Below, piece by piece: positions 46,749-56,814 of a DNA stretch of 64,000 nt. A program made the position numbers and the translations under genes. This stretch comes from Candidatus Udaeobacter sp. (lineage in GTDB: Bacteria > Acidobacteriota > Terriglobia > Acidiferrales > UBA7541). How positions within the stretch are numbered: position 1 is the stretch's first letter; each line of letters opens with the position of its first letter. The stretch spans positions 2,187 through 66,186 of the forward strand of contig DATKEV010000171.1 in the NCBI GenBank assembly GCA_035511855.1, given 5' to 3'. The notes below the pieces were generated by a model. It was not told where the DNA came from and searched no databases. It was given only the letters and a program-made list of their open reading frames with translations.

Positions 46749-48152
46749 CTATTTTTTCGCGTCCGCCATCGCAGCGTAAGGCGCAAGCTGCTCGGTGATC
46801 TTCGCTCTGTCCCCTACGACGACAATCGTCATCTCCTCTGGTTTGATGTATTTCGCGGTCATCGCTTGCACTTCCGCCGGAGTAACCGCATTCACCTTCT
46901 GCACGTACGTCTTCAAGTATTCTTCACCGAGCCCCTGCAGATCCACATACCGCAGTTGCCCGATCAGCGCTCCTCGCGTCGAATTCTGGATCACGAAAAG
47001 CCCTGAGAGGAAGCTCTGGATGTCCTTCAACTCCGCCGCTGGTGGCGCTTCCTTCTGCAGCCGTTCAATTTCCCCGAAAATCTCCTTCAGCGAAGCTCCC
47101 GTGGCCGCCGTCGTCACGTCCGCCACTTCCGCCCAATAGGCATCGTGGTAGCGTCGCGAAATCTGGCTGCTCGGCGAATAGGTGTAGCCCTTCTGCTCGC
47201 GGATGTTCGAAGTAATGCGTGACGCAAACGATCCGCCCAGCAGCGTGTTCATGACCGCCAGCGGAATCGTGTCGGCGCTGCTCGAGTCCGCCACCGGCAG
47301 CCCGACGTACAGCGTGGACTGCGGCGCATTTGGCCGGTCCGTCACGTCCAGCAAGCGCTGCGCTTTCGGCTTCGGCACGTTCTGCGCTGCGGCCGGACCC
47401 TTGGCCCATCCCGAGAACCCGTCCGCGATCGCTTTTTTCACCGCCGCGGTATCAAACTTCCCCGCAACATAAAGGTGCGCCCGCTCCGCGCCGTAGTTAG
47501 CCGCATAAAACTTCTTCGCGTCCTCAATCGTTATTTTGTTGACGCTTTCCTCTGTCGGCAGGACCGACCCGTACGGATGCTCGCCATAGAGCAGTTTCCG
47601 GAAGCGCGCCAGCGCGATCTGCCCCGGCTGCGATTTCGCCACCGCGATGTTGCGCTGCAAGTCCGCCTTCAACCGCGGCAATTCTGATTCTGGCCACACC
47701 GGGTGCTGCGCCACGTCCGCCAGCAGCTTCACTGCGTCCGCTGCGGACTCCGACAGCACATCCAGATCTAGCGTGGTCTCATCCGCGCCGGTTCCCACCC
47801 CGAGCGTGCTGCCCATGCGCGCGGCTGCTTCAGCCAGCGCCTTCGCGCTCATGGAAGTCGTTCCCTCCTTCAACAGCTCGCCCGTAATGTCTGCAATGCC
47901 CAGCAATTCTTTCGGCTCGTTCAAATTCCCTGTTCGCAGCGTCACGTTGATAGTCACCTTCGGAATGTTTCCGTACGGCACCAGCGTGACCTTTATCCCA
48001 TTGGCCAGCACGTACGTTTCGTGCATCGGCAGCGTGAACGCTTTCGGCGAACCGCCCGTCGGCGGCTCTTGCTTTTGCGCAAACGTAGGTGCGCTCACTA
48101 GCATGAACATGGCCAGAACCAGAAAGACTCTTTGCCTCTTCGTTCGAATCAT
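46749..48152 (-). CDS. M16-family peptidase, non-catalytic-type subunit
   Basis: Signal peptide and pitrilysin-fold length and sequence. I saw no HxxEH motif. Confidence 0.8.
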   Translation of the reverse strand: MIRTKRQRVFLVLAMFMLVSAPTFAQKQEPPTGGSPKAFTLPMHETYVLANGIKVTLVPYGNIPKVTINVTLRTGNLNEPKELLGIADITGELLKEGTTSMSAKALAEAAARMGSTLGVGTGADETTLDLDVLSESAADAVKLLADVAQHPVWPESELPRLKADLQRNIAVAKSQPGQIALARFRKLLYGEHPYGSVLPTEESVNKITIEDAKKFYAANYGAERAHLYVAGKFDTAAVKKAIADGFSGWAKGPAAAQNVPKPKAQRLLDVTDRPNAPQSTLYVGLPVADSSSADTIPLAVMNTLLGGSFASRITSNIREQKGYTYSPSSQISRRYHDAYWAEVADVTTAATGASLKEIFGEIERLQKEAPPAAELKDIQSFLSGLFVIQNSTRGALIGQLRYVDLQGLGEEYLKTYVQKVNAVTPAEVQAMTAKYIKPEEMTIVVVGDRAKITEQLAPYAAMADAKK

Positions 48153-48167
48153 CGCTTCCTCTCCCCT

Positions 48168-49586
48168 TTACTGGTTCTTTTCCGGTGCAGCCGCTGCCGG
48201 CGCCTGTTCGACGGGTTTGATATTCAGAACCGTCCTGTTTTCCGGCCGCAGGTACTCCAGCGCCGTTCTCTGGAGCAATTCCGGCGTGACCTTTTCATAT
48301 TCGCCAACCAGTGCGTTCACCCGCGCCGGATTGTCGTCAAACAGCGCGAAGCTCGCCAGCAGATCAGCGAGCCCAAAGCCATTCCGCGAACCCAGCGTGT
48401 CATACAGATCCGATCGCAGTTTCACAATCGCGCGATCCAGTGCCTTCTGATCGAGGGGTTTCGTCCGCAGCGGCTCAATCTGTCCGTCGATGGCCTGCAC
48501 AATCGCGTCCGGGCTGGTCGCCGGATCGTAAATCATGCTGATGATGAGCAGCATGGGCCCCCGATAATTCCACGGATTCCCCAGCAGGTTGATCCCTCCC
48601 TGCACGTCTCCGGTGATCCCGCGCTTCTGCACCAATTCCTGATGCAGCAAGCTGTCGTCGCTTTCGATCAGCAATTCATCTAGAAGCCCCATCGCGTAAT
48701 ACTCCGGCGTGTTCCGGTCCGGAACGTGATAGGCGAGCGCAATCGCCGGACGTTTCGCCAGAGCATCGTTCTTATTCGCATGCCTCTCCTTTTCCTGGCG
48801 TGGCTCGGTTAGGTCCGGCTGGGGCGGAACGTCCGAGCGCTTCAACCCCGCGAAATATTTCTCCACCATCTTTTTCGCTTCCGCCGGCTCGAAGTCACCG
48901 ACAATCGCCAGCGCCGCGTTGTTCGGCGCGTAATACGTCTTGAAAAACGCCTGCACATCGGGAAGCGTGGCGGATTCAATATCCTTCAAATCGCCATAGA
49001 AATTGTGCGCGTTGTACCAGTTGGTGTTCGCGTATTGCGGCATATCCAGCCACGGAAACCCGCCGTAGGCGCGGTTCAGCACGTTCACCTTCACTTCGTT
49101 TCCCACGACGCCTTGTTGGTTCTTCAAATTTTCTTCCGTCACCGCCAGCCCGCCCATGCGGTCCGCTTCCGCCCACAGTGCCGTCTCCAGCTTGTTCGAC
49201 GGCAGCGTCTCGAAATAGTTCGTGAAGTCGAACCGCGTGGACCCGTTCAAGACTCCGCCGTTCTTCTGCACCAGCTTGATGAACTCCATCTTTCCCAGGT
49301 TCTGCGAGCCTTGGAACATCATGTGCTCGAACAAGTGTGCGAAACCGGTGCGGTCTTTGGGCTCGATACGGAATCCAATCCGGTAATACACCCCCACGCA
49401 AATCGTCGGCGCCGTGTGGTCCGGAGAAAGCACGACTCTCAATCCGTTCGGCAACTTGTAATACTCCACCGGAATTTTGAATTCGGAGGCGCCGGCAGGC
49501 CCGGCGTTCGCCGCCGTAGCACACAATGAAATCAGAACGGCGAAAAAAGCCAGTGCCCGTGCCGCGCGGTACATTCTCAATTCCAT
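48168..49586 (-). CDS. M16-family zinc peptidase, catalytic-type subunit
   Basis: Signal peptide and the inverted zinc motif HLFEHMMFQGS (HxxEH). Confidence 0.85.
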   Translation of the reverse strand: MELRMYRAARALAFFAVLISLCATAANAGPAGASEFKIPVEYYKLPNGLRVVLSPDHTAPTICVGVYYRIGFRIEPKDRTGFAHLFEHMMFQGSQNLGKMEFIKLVQKNGGVLNGSTRFDFTNYFETLPSNKLETALWAEADRMGGLAVTEENLKNQQGVVGNEVKVNVLNRAYGGFPWLDMPQYANTNWYNAHNFYGDLKDIESATLPDVQAFFKTYYAPNNAALAIVGDFEPAEAKKMVEKYFAGLKRSDVPPQPDLTEPRQEKERHANKNDALAKRPAIALAYHVPDRNTPEYYAMGLLDELLIESDDSLLHQELVQKRGITGDVQGGINLLGNPWNYRGPMLLIISMIYDPATSPDAIVQAIDGQIEPLRTKPLDQKALDRAIVKLRSDLYDTLGSRNGFGLADLLASFALFDDNPARVNALVGEYEKVTPELLQRTALEYLRPENRTVLNIKPVEQAPAAAAPEKNQ

Positions 49587-49721
49587 CTTTCCCCCTGCTT
49601 TCTAACCTTAAGATTCTGCACTGCGGTGGGCCGGAAATGCGGTGAAAAACACCACCCCGTCTATAAGAGACGCATCCCAAAGCCAAAAGTTTCCGCAAGT
49701 TAACGGTCCTGGGGCGGGCCA

Positions 49722-50876
49722 TCAGTATACCGCCCGGTTCTGCGTTGTGGCCTTTGTCTCTAGTGAAAATCTCGGTTCCGCCGGCGCTCCGTCCAGCAGT
49801 TGTCCCGCGATGTACTCGCCAACCGCAGGCCCGTGCTTGAATCCATGCCCCGAGCCGCCGCCAACGAACCACACGTTTTCCAAGTCGGGATGCCGGTCAA
49901 TCAGAAAATCCCCGCTCGACGTGTTTTCATATTGGCACACGCGCGTTTCCACAATCGGCGCATCCCGCAGCGCCGGGAAACGCCGCGCCACGTATTTTCG
50001 GGCCTTCTCCGCCACCTCGGTTGACACTATCCTCGACTGCGTATCCGGATCCACCCGCTCGCCGTGATGATCGAACGCAATCTTCAGCCCCCGGCTCTCG
50101 ATATCCGGCATGCCATAAACCAGGTCTTCCTGGAACAGCCACGTCGGCAGCTCCGGAGGCGCAAACCGCGAGTCTCCCGCGGGCATTCCAAAGAAAAATA
50201 CTTCCTGCCGCGAAGGAAAAATCCGCGCGCCCAAAACGTCCGGAAAAACTTTCGCGAACCACGGCCCGCAGGCGAACACGAATTCTCCCGCAACGATCCG
50301 TTCGCCCTGGCTCGTCGTGATAGATTCCACGCGGCCCGCCTCTCGCGGGTTCATCGCCTGTGCGCAACGATATTCGGCGCCCAGCCGCACGGCATCCTCG
50401 ACCACCGCCACCACCGCCCGTCGCGCCATCAGCACGCCGCTCCCGGGCTCAAGAATTGCTTGCGCGATGCCCTCAAACCCGATTTGCGTATACCGCTTTT
50501 CAAGTGCGGGACGATCTAGTTCTTCAAACAGAACACCGCAGCGCTTCAGCGTCGCGGCAGTTTCCCGCAATCGCCGATCCGTGCCGCCGCCCATCCACAG
50601 CACGCCAGTCTCTAGAAAAAGTGGCTGCTTCTTCGCGGCAAAGAACTCTTGCCACTGCGCCAGCGACTGCTGCGACCATCGCGTGTACAGTTCATCCGCT
50701 CCATAGCCCATTCGAATGATGCGCGTTTCGCCACCCGAGCTGGCCCTCGAGTGTGCCGGCCCATAAGCATCCAGCAGTACCACTCGCTCGCCGCGCTGCG
50801 CCAGATGCCACGCCGTCCACGCGCCAAAAACGCCCGCGCCAACCACCGCCACGTCGTATGTTTTCTGCCCGCTCAT
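49722..50876 (-). CDS. FAD-dependent amine oxidase of the sarcosine oxidase (MSOX)/DAO family
   Basis: VAVVGAGVFGAWTA dinucleotide fold. CQYENTSSGDFLID, a covalent-FAD Cys-like context. GGGSGHGFKHGP. Confidence 0.75.
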   Translation of the reverse strand: MSGQKTYDVAVVGAGVFGAWTAWHLAQRGERVVLLDAYGPAHSRASSGGETRIIRMGYGADELYTRWSQQSLAQWQEFFAAKKQPLFLETGVLWMGGGTDRRLRETAATLKRCGVLFEELDRPALEKRYTQIGFEGIAQAILEPGSGVLMARRAVVAVVEDAVRLGAEYRCAQAMNPREAGRVESITTSQGERIVAGEFVFACGPWFAKVFPDVLGARIFPSRQEVFFFGMPAGDSRFAPPELPTWLFQEDLVYGMPDIESRGLKIAFDHHGERVDPDTQSRIVSTEVAEKARKYVARRFPALRDAPIVETRVCQYENTSSGDFLIDRHPDLENVWFVGGGSGHGFKHGPAVGEYIAGQLLDGAPAEPRFSLETKATTQNRAVY

Positions 50877-51098
50877 CGCGCAAGCATCTTATCAAATGCT
50901 CTTCTCCAGCGAAGTTGTGCGCCAGTCTCCGCTTGGCCCTTTGTGCGTCCGCGCGGGCCCTCCACGAACCCCATTTTCTGCACAGACTCGGGCACATGAT
51001 TTCACAACAATTTCGGCTCCCTGGACCCGACTGGATTATGGTTGATAAATGCCGGTCGTCGGTAGGTGAGCGGATGCGCTCGGCATCCAGCGGGCGGG

Positions 51099-52559
51099 TT
51101 ACGGCTCGAACCAGAAATTGATGGTGACGGTAATGTGTGCCGCCACCGGCCTGCCAAGCTGTGTGGCAGGCTCGTAGCGGTACTGCTTGAGGGCGTCCAT
51201 AGCGGCGGTGTGAAAAGAAGCCGGTCCTGAAAGCACCTTGATCGATTTCACCTGTCCTGTGGGATCCACGACGGCGTCCAGCGTCACGTTGCCGGTAACA
51301 AAATCCCGCAGGGCATCCGGCGGAGCAATCGCACGGACCGAGTTGATCAGTTTCGGGGGGACGATAGGTGCTTCATCCAAAGAAGCCGCCGCCGGTTCTG
51401 ATGCGGCTTCGCTCGATGGACGCCGCACGGCGCGCTTTGCGGCGGAGGCGCCGGCCGCTGATTTTTCCTGGACCACCGCCGCATCGGTCGCCATCTCGCC
51501 AGGTGCGGGTGGCGCGGGTACGGCGAGTGTGGAAGGTACGGCCCCTCCCGCAGGCGCGGGTCCTGCCTGGTCATGCGAAGCGGCGCTCGGCTTGGGCGCA
51601 GCGACGGCGCTGGCCCGTGTTGTCGTGCTGGAATTGGAATGTGCGTCCGCCGCCTTCTGAAGCGCCGAGCTCTCGGCCGGACCAGGGGGAGCGGCGATGC
51701 TTGAGGCCACGCCGGAAGAAAATTTCTTCGGCTGAGGTTGCCACGATAGCCGATGCTGGTACCACGCTGCGCCCCCCGCAACGAGCAATAGCGCTGCGGA
51801 AAGTAGACCGATGCGCAGCGCTCCCGGTCGCCGGCTCGTGGAAGCTTTCTGCTTTGGTTTCGAACGGCGCTCGGCTAATGCTTGTGCCTCCTCAAAGTCG
51901 AGCGCCGGCTTCGGCAGGAGATCTTCTTCGGAAGATGAGGTCTCAGCGCGGTCTACCGGCAGTCCGGCGGACTCACGAGGAGCAGTAGCGGCGGCGCTTG
52001 TGGGAACATCGGGAGTCACCGCGTTCCACAATTTTAGTTGCTCGCGCAGCGCCTCGACTTCCCGCCTCAACGCCGTGACTTCGTGTGCGCTGGGAGCGCG
52101 GGCCGGCGCGCTTGCTTGGTCAGCGATGGCTTGCGGCGCGTTTGCCGGCGGAAGTTCCGGCATTTCCGGAAACTCGATGCCCCAGAATCCGGCCGAGGGT
52201 TCGCTGAATTCCACCTCGACGTAACAACTCGTGGGCCGGAAGTCCCGCTTGCGCTTCACCTGCGCCACGACTTCGCGCCTGGTTCCCTTGTTGGTCAGAA
52301 AGAGCAATTGTCCGACAGCCACCGCTGCGGAGAGCCGAATCATCCCGCCATTCTCAAAAGCCAGAACCGTGCTTGCCTCTTCCATGAACAGCTTCCGCTG
52401 GCCGCTGTTTTCTCCTGGGCGCGCGCCGGTAGCGATCACCGACACTTCGTGAGCTATTGGATTCTTCATTATAGAGGCCTGAGCGCTTGCCCTAAGCGTT
52501 GTCGAAGAGCTCGCTGGCGGCGAGGCGGTAGAATGACGGTTGTCCGTTGCGGAAGCCAC
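51099..52559 (-). CDS. TonB C-terminal-domain protein with cytoplasmic N-domain and long Ala/Pro/Ser linker
   Basis: Single TM GALRIGLLSAALLLVAGGAAWY. C-terminus VTGNVTLDAVVDPTGQVKSIKVLSG...AAMDALKQYRYEP is TonB_C-like. GTG start at 52559 (GAGGGA upstream) or ATG at 52469. Confidence 0.65.
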   Translation of the reverse strand: MASATDNRHSTASPPASSSTTLRASAQASIMKNPIAHEVSVIATGARPGENSGQRKLFMEEASTVLAFENGGMIRLSAAVAVGQLLFLTNKGTRREVVAQVKRKRDFRPTSCYVEVEFSEPSAGFWGIEFPEMPELPPANAPQAIADQASAPARAPSAHEVTALRREVEALREQLKLWNAVTPDVPTSAAATAPRESAGLPVDRAETSSSEEDLLPKPALDFEEAQALAERRSKPKQKASTSRRPGALRIGLLSAALLLVAGGAAWYQHRLSWQPQPKKFSSGVASSIAAPPGPAESSALQKAADAHSNSSTTTRASAVAAPKPSAASHDQAGPAPAGGAVPSTLAVPAPPAPGEMATDAAVVQEKSAAGASAAKRAVRRPSSEAASEPAAASLDEAPIVPPKLINSVRAIAPPDALRDFVTGNVTLDAVVDPTGQVKSIKVLSGPASFHTAAMDALKQYRYEPATQLGRPVAAHITVTINFWFEP

Positions 52560-52841
52560 AATAGGATTGTCCCTCGTGCGCCGCGGGTCGATCTATCCCC
52601 AGAAAAGCTCGGGCTGCGGAGAGCCCCCACGCGACAGCACAAAGAGGTCTTATTTTTGCAGCCGGCGAGCCCGCTGGCCATAGTACAGACGTACAGCAAG
52701 GCGCAAGCTGCCCCAAAGGACAGCACGCTCGAACCGCATCAGCCGGACGTTGCTTCAGACTTCCCCAACGAAAAACTCTTCCGTCCGAGTACAGGAAGCT
52801 GTACGATTCTGGCTTTTGCGCTCTTGTCACCGGAGGATTCT

Positions 52842-55800
52842 GTGAAATTGTCTCGCCAGCCCCTTTATGCCAGCATTTTTTCTTTGGTTTTCCTTTTTGT
52901 GATTGCCGCCGCGGCGAACGCTCAACAGATCGACCCCAAGACCTATGGCGGGATGAAGTGGCGCCTCATCGGCCCTTTTCGCGGTGGCCGCGTTCTCGCG
53001 GTTGCCGGTGTGCCCAGCCAGCCCAACACCTACTACTTCGGTGCGGTGGCCGGCGGCGTTTGGAAAACCACTGACGGCGGCGTTTCCTGGGATGCCCTCT
53101 TCGATAAGCAGACGACTTCTTCCATCGGCAGCATTGCCATTTCTGATTCCGATCCCAACGTGATTTATGTCGGCACCGGCGAGGCCTGCATCCGCGGCAA
53201 CATTTCCTTCGGTGATGGCGTCTACCGTTCGAACGACGGCGGAAAAACCTGGACCAACATCGGTCTCAAAGACACGCGCCACATTGGCGCGGTCATCGTC
53301 CACCCCAGCAATCCCGACGTCGCCTTCGTCGCGGCCCTCGGCCACGCTTACGGTGCAAACACCGAGCGCGGTATTTTCCGTACGCGCGATGGCGGCAAGA
53401 CCTGGGAAAAGGTTCTCTATCTCGACGACCGCACCGGCGGCATCGACATCGTCTTCGATCCTCAGAATGCTCACGTCCTCTTCGCCGCCATGTGGGAAGG
53501 CTACCGTACGCCCTGGACGCTCAACAGCGGCGGCGCCAAGGACGGTCTCTACCGTTCGAACGACGACGGCGCCACCTGGAAGCGCGTCGAAAGCAACGGC
53601 ATGCCCGATGGTCCGCTCGGAAAAATCGGCGTGGCCGTTTCCGGAGCCGACTCGAATGTCGTCTACACGCTCATCGAAGCCAACAAAGGCGGCCTCTACC
53701 GTAGCGAAGACGGTGGCACAAACTGGACTCTCGTCAACGACGATCACCGCTTCCGCCAGCGCGCTTGGTATTTCACCCACCTCTGGGCCGATCCCAAAGA
53801 TTCCAACAAACTCTACATCGCGAACACCGGCCTCTTCCGTTCGAACGACGGCGGCAAATCGTTCGAACGCCTTAACGCGCCCCACGGCGATCATCACGCT
53901 TTGTGGATCGATTCCAATAACCCCAATCGCCTCATTAACGGCAACGACGGTGGCGCGACTATCTCCATCGACGGCGGAAAGAATTGGTCCACGCAAGCCA
54001 ATCAACCGACAGCCCAGTTCTATCACGTCACCGCGGACAACGATTTTCCGTATCGCGTCTATGGCGCCCAGCAAGACAATTCTTCCGTCGGTATCGCCAC
54101 CTCCAGCGACCGTGGCTACATCGACCGGGCCGATTGGGACGCCGTTGGCGGTGGTGAGAGCGGCTACGTTGCTGTCGACCCGCGCGATTCGCACATCGTT
54201 TATGCCGGCTCCTATTTCGGCTACATCACGCGCCTCGACCGCCGCACCAATCAAACGCAAAACATTCAGCAGTGGCCGCTAGATCCCGACGGCTACAACG
54301 CGGCCGCGCAAAAATATCGATACACCTGGACCATGCCGATTGTTTTTTCTCCCAACGATCCCAATGTTCTTTATCACTCTTCTCAATTTCTCTTCCGTTC
54401 GAGAGACAGTGGCCACTCTTGGGAAACCATCAGCCCTGACCTTACCCGCAACGACAAATCAAAGCAGCAGGACTCCGGCGGCCCCATCACCAAAGATCAG
54501 GCCAGCATCGAGTTCTACGATTTGATTTTCACCACTGCGGAATCGCCCAAGCAAAAGGGTCTGATCTGGGTCGGCACGGATGACGGCCTGATTCAGCTGA
54601 CTCGTGACGACGGCAAGACCTGGAACAATGTCACTCCGAAGGGTTTTCCCGACTGGGCCATGATCAGTTTGATCGAGCCCTCACCTTTCGAAGCGGGTAC
54701 CGCCTACGCCGCGATTGACGCCCACAGACTCGACAATTTCAAACCATACATTTTCAAGACCACCGATTTTGGCAAGTCATGGACGCCCGTCACCACCGGC
54801 TTGCCCGATGGTTCCTATGTTCACGCCGTCCGCGAAGATCCCGCGCGCAAAGGTCTGCTCTACGCCGGAACGGAAACCGGCATCTGGGTTTCCTTCGACG
54901 ACGGCGCGCACTGGCAAGCGTTGCAACTCAATCTGCCGACGACTCCGGTCCACGACCTCATCATCCATGGCGACGATCTGGTCGTCGCCACGCACGGGCG
55001 CGCGTTCTGGGTGCTCGATGATTTGAGCCCGCTTCGCCAAGCAAACACCGCAGTCGCCACCGAAGACGCGCATCTTTTCACTCCACGCACGGCCATTCGA
55101 ACGCGCTCGGGCCACACGCGCCGCCGCCGCTACGCCATCGGCGAGAATCCCCCCGATGGCGCAATGCTCTACTACTATTTGAAGGAAGAGCCCAAAGATC
55201 CGGTCAAACTGGAATTGCTCGATGCCGATGGAAAAGTCATCCGCGCCTTCTCCAGCGAAGAAAAGAAAAAAGAAGTTGCCTCCGACGAGTGGGAAAGAGA
55301 CGAAGCCGAAGAGCACATTCCCGCGAAAGCGGGCTTGAACGAATTCACCTGGGACTTGCGATTCGAATCGCCCAAGAAAATCCCGGCAGCCATCTACGAC
55401 GAAGGCGATCCCACCGGCCCGTTGGTCCTGCCCGGGGAATACCGGGTGCGGCTAACTGTGGCCGGGAAAAGCTCCACGGCATCATTCGAAGTGAAAATGG
55501 ATTCCCGCGTGAAAACTTCCGCGGGAGATTTGCGCAAACAATTTGACCTGATGCTGAGGCTACGCGACCGCCAGGACGAAATGAACAAAGCCATCCTTGC
55601 GATTCGCGATCTCCGCGCGCAGCTCCAGGCGCTTGAGAAGCGTCTCGGTTCGAACGATCCGGAGAAAACGCTGGTCGCCACTTCCGCGGATTTGCGCAAG
55701 AAAGTCAGCGCCATCGAGGAGGAACTTATCCAGGTCAATTCGAAAGCCAGTGAGGATGAATTGAACTACCCGACAAAATTAAACAGCAAGCTCGGCTACC

Positions 55801-55997
55801 TGAACCAGGCCGTCGACAGCGCCGATGCCGAGCCCACCGAAAGCGAACTCGCCGTCTACGCCGAGCTCGACCTCCAGCTCGAATCGCAGCTTTCGAAGTG
55901 GCGCGAGGTGCTTTCGCAAGATGTACCCGCGCTCAACGACGCCATGCACAAAAATAACATTCCGCTCATCGCTCCAGCCGCAGCGAAATCCAACTAG
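52842..55997 (+). CDS. secreted BNR/Asp-box repeat (sortilin/VPS10-like) protein
   Basis: GTG after GGAGGA, followed by a signal peptide. At least 10 Asp-box repeats (SNDGGKTW, TRDGGKTW, SNDDGATW, SEDGGTNW, SIDGGKNW, SRDSGHSW, TRDDGKTW and others). The 268 upstream codons of the 1319-aa ORF are antisense to the TonB-like gene. Confidence 0.8.
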   Translation: MKLSRQPLYASIFSLVFLFVIAAAANAQQIDPKTYGGMKWRLIGPFRGGRVLAVAGVPSQPNTYYFGAVAGGVWKTTDGGVSWDALFDKQTTSSIGSIAISDSDPNVIYVGTGEACIRGNISFGDGVYRSNDGGKTWTNIGLKDTRHIGAVIVHPSNPDVAFVAALGHAYGANTERGIFRTRDGGKTWEKVLYLDDRTGGIDIVFDPQNAHVLFAAMWEGYRTPWTLNSGGAKDGLYRSNDDGATWKRVESNGMPDGPLGKIGVAVSGADSNVVYTLIEANKGGLYRSEDGGTNWTLVNDDHRFRQRAWYFTHLWADPKDSNKLYIANTGLFRSNDGGKSFERLNAPHGDHHALWIDSNNPNRLINGNDGGATISIDGGKNWSTQANQPTAQFYHVTADNDFPYRVYGAQQDNSSVGIATSSDRGYIDRADWDAVGGGESGYVAVDPRDSHIVYAGSYFGYITRLDRRTNQTQNIQQWPLDPDGYNAAAQKYRYTWTMPIVFSPNDPNVLYHSSQFLFRSRDSGHSWETISPDLTRNDKSKQQDSGGPITKDQASIEFYDLIFTTAESPKQKGLIWVGTDDGLIQLTRDDGKTWNNVTPKGFPDWAMISLIEPSPFEAGTAYAAIDAHRLDNFKPYIFKTTDFGKSWTPVTTGLPDGSYVHAVREDPARKGLLYAGTETGIWVSFDDGAHWQALQLNLPTTPVHDLIIHGDDLVVATHGRAFWVLDDLSPLRQANTAVATEDAHLFTPRTAIRTRSGHTRRRRYAIGENPPDGAMLYYYLKEEPKDPVKLELLDADGKVIRAFSSEEKKKEVASDEWERDEAEEHIPAKAGLNEFTWDLRFESPKKIPAAIYDEGDPTGPLVLPGEYRVRLTVAGKSSTASFEVKMDSRVKTSAGDLRKQFDLMLRLRDRQDEMNKAILAIRDLRAQLQALEKRLGSNDPEKTLVATSADLRKKVSAIEEELIQVNSKASEDELNYPTKLNSKLGYLNQAVDSADAEPTESELAVYAELDLQLESQLSKWREVLSQDVPALNDAMHKNNIPLIAPAAAKSN

Positions 55998-56018
55998 CGG
56001 GGCGCATCCTTTCTTTGT

Positions 56019-56042
56019 AGGGGCGCAGCATGCTGCGCCCCT
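56019..56042. repeat. perfect 24-nt palindrome AGGGGCGCAGCATGCTGCGCCCCT
   Basis: Lies between convergent stops (55997 + and 56053 -). A partial direct copy, GGGGCGCA, sits at about 55999-56006. No flanking U-tract on either strand. Confidence 0.6.
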
Positions 56043-56052
56043 ATTCGGCACT

Positions 56053-56814
56053 CTACTTTTGAAATGCGGCTGTGATGGATTTTGCCCAGTGCGAGAGGTG
56101 ATTGAGCGATTCAGTGTGCGTGGGATCGAGATGCAGTGGCGTGATGGAGACGGCGCCGGAAAAAATCGCCGCGTAATCCGTGTCCGGCTCGACATTTTTG
56201 TCGAGTTTCTGTTCGTACAGCCAGAAGTAGCTGTGGCCGCGCGGATCTTTGCCTTCGCTCAGCTGGTTGCGCGTGATTTTTTGCGACTGCCGCGTGAATT
56301 TTACTTTTCCGTTCCACGGCTCCGGCACGTTTACGTTAAGCAGCACCTGGTCCGGCAAGCCTTCTTTCAAAATCAATTCCGCGGTGGTGTGCGCTACGCT
56401 TGCGGAATTTTCAAATTTCACTTCTGTTTTTTTCGAGCACAGCGACATCGCCACCGACGGAATGTGGTGCAGAGCGCCTTCGCGCGCCGCGCCCACGGTG
56501 CCCGAGTAATAGACGTTTTCCCCGAGATTCGCGCCGTGATTGATTCCGGAAATCACTATGTCCGGTTTTTCCGGCAAAAGTTTGTGCAGCGCAACGATCA
56601 CGCAATCCGCCGGCGTCCCGTCAATCGCCCATTCTCTCTCCGCGATCTGGTTGCACACGATCGGCTGCCGCAATGTCAGCGACTGCGCCGCCCCGCTGCG
56701 CTCCAAACTCGGCGCCACAATACTCACCGTCGCAAAATCTTCCAGCGCCGCCGCCAGCGCCCGCAGTCCCTCGGCCTGATACCCATCATCGTTCGTCAGA
56801 AGAATATGCGGCAT
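56053..56814 (-). CDS. surE: 5'/3'-nucleotidase SurE
   Basis: MPHILLTNDDGYQAEGLRAL N-terminus, GINHGANLG, YSGTVGAA. Confidence 0.9.
   Translation of the reverse strand: MPHILLTNDDGYQAEGLRALAAALEDFATVSIVAPSLERSGAAQSLTLRQPIVCNQIAEREWAIDGTPADCVIVALHKLLPEKPDIVISGINHGANLGENVYYSGTVGAAREGALHHIPSVAMSLCSKKTEVKFENSASVAHTTAELILKEGLPDQVLLNVNVPEPWNGKVKFTRQSQKITRNQLSEGKDPRGHSYFWLYEQKLDKNVEPDTDYAAIFSGAVSITPLHLDPTHTESLNHLSHWAKSITAAFQK

Noticed and set aside
52038-52841. 5' extension that makes the BNR-protein ORF 1319 aa long.
   Set aside because: The extension is antisense to the TonB-like gene and has Arg/Ser/Pro-rich shadow composition. A GTG with a GGAGGA site followed by a signal peptide at 52842 gives a sensible start.
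52827-54260. 477-aa antisense ORF and the 371-aa +2-frame ORF (53167..54282) inside the BNR gene.
   Set aside because: Their composition (Val/Ala/Gly/Asp/Arg-rich or Ser/Thr/Pro/Ala-rich) is typical of non-coding frames in GC-rich genes. The sense frame has more than 10 clear Asp-box repeats.
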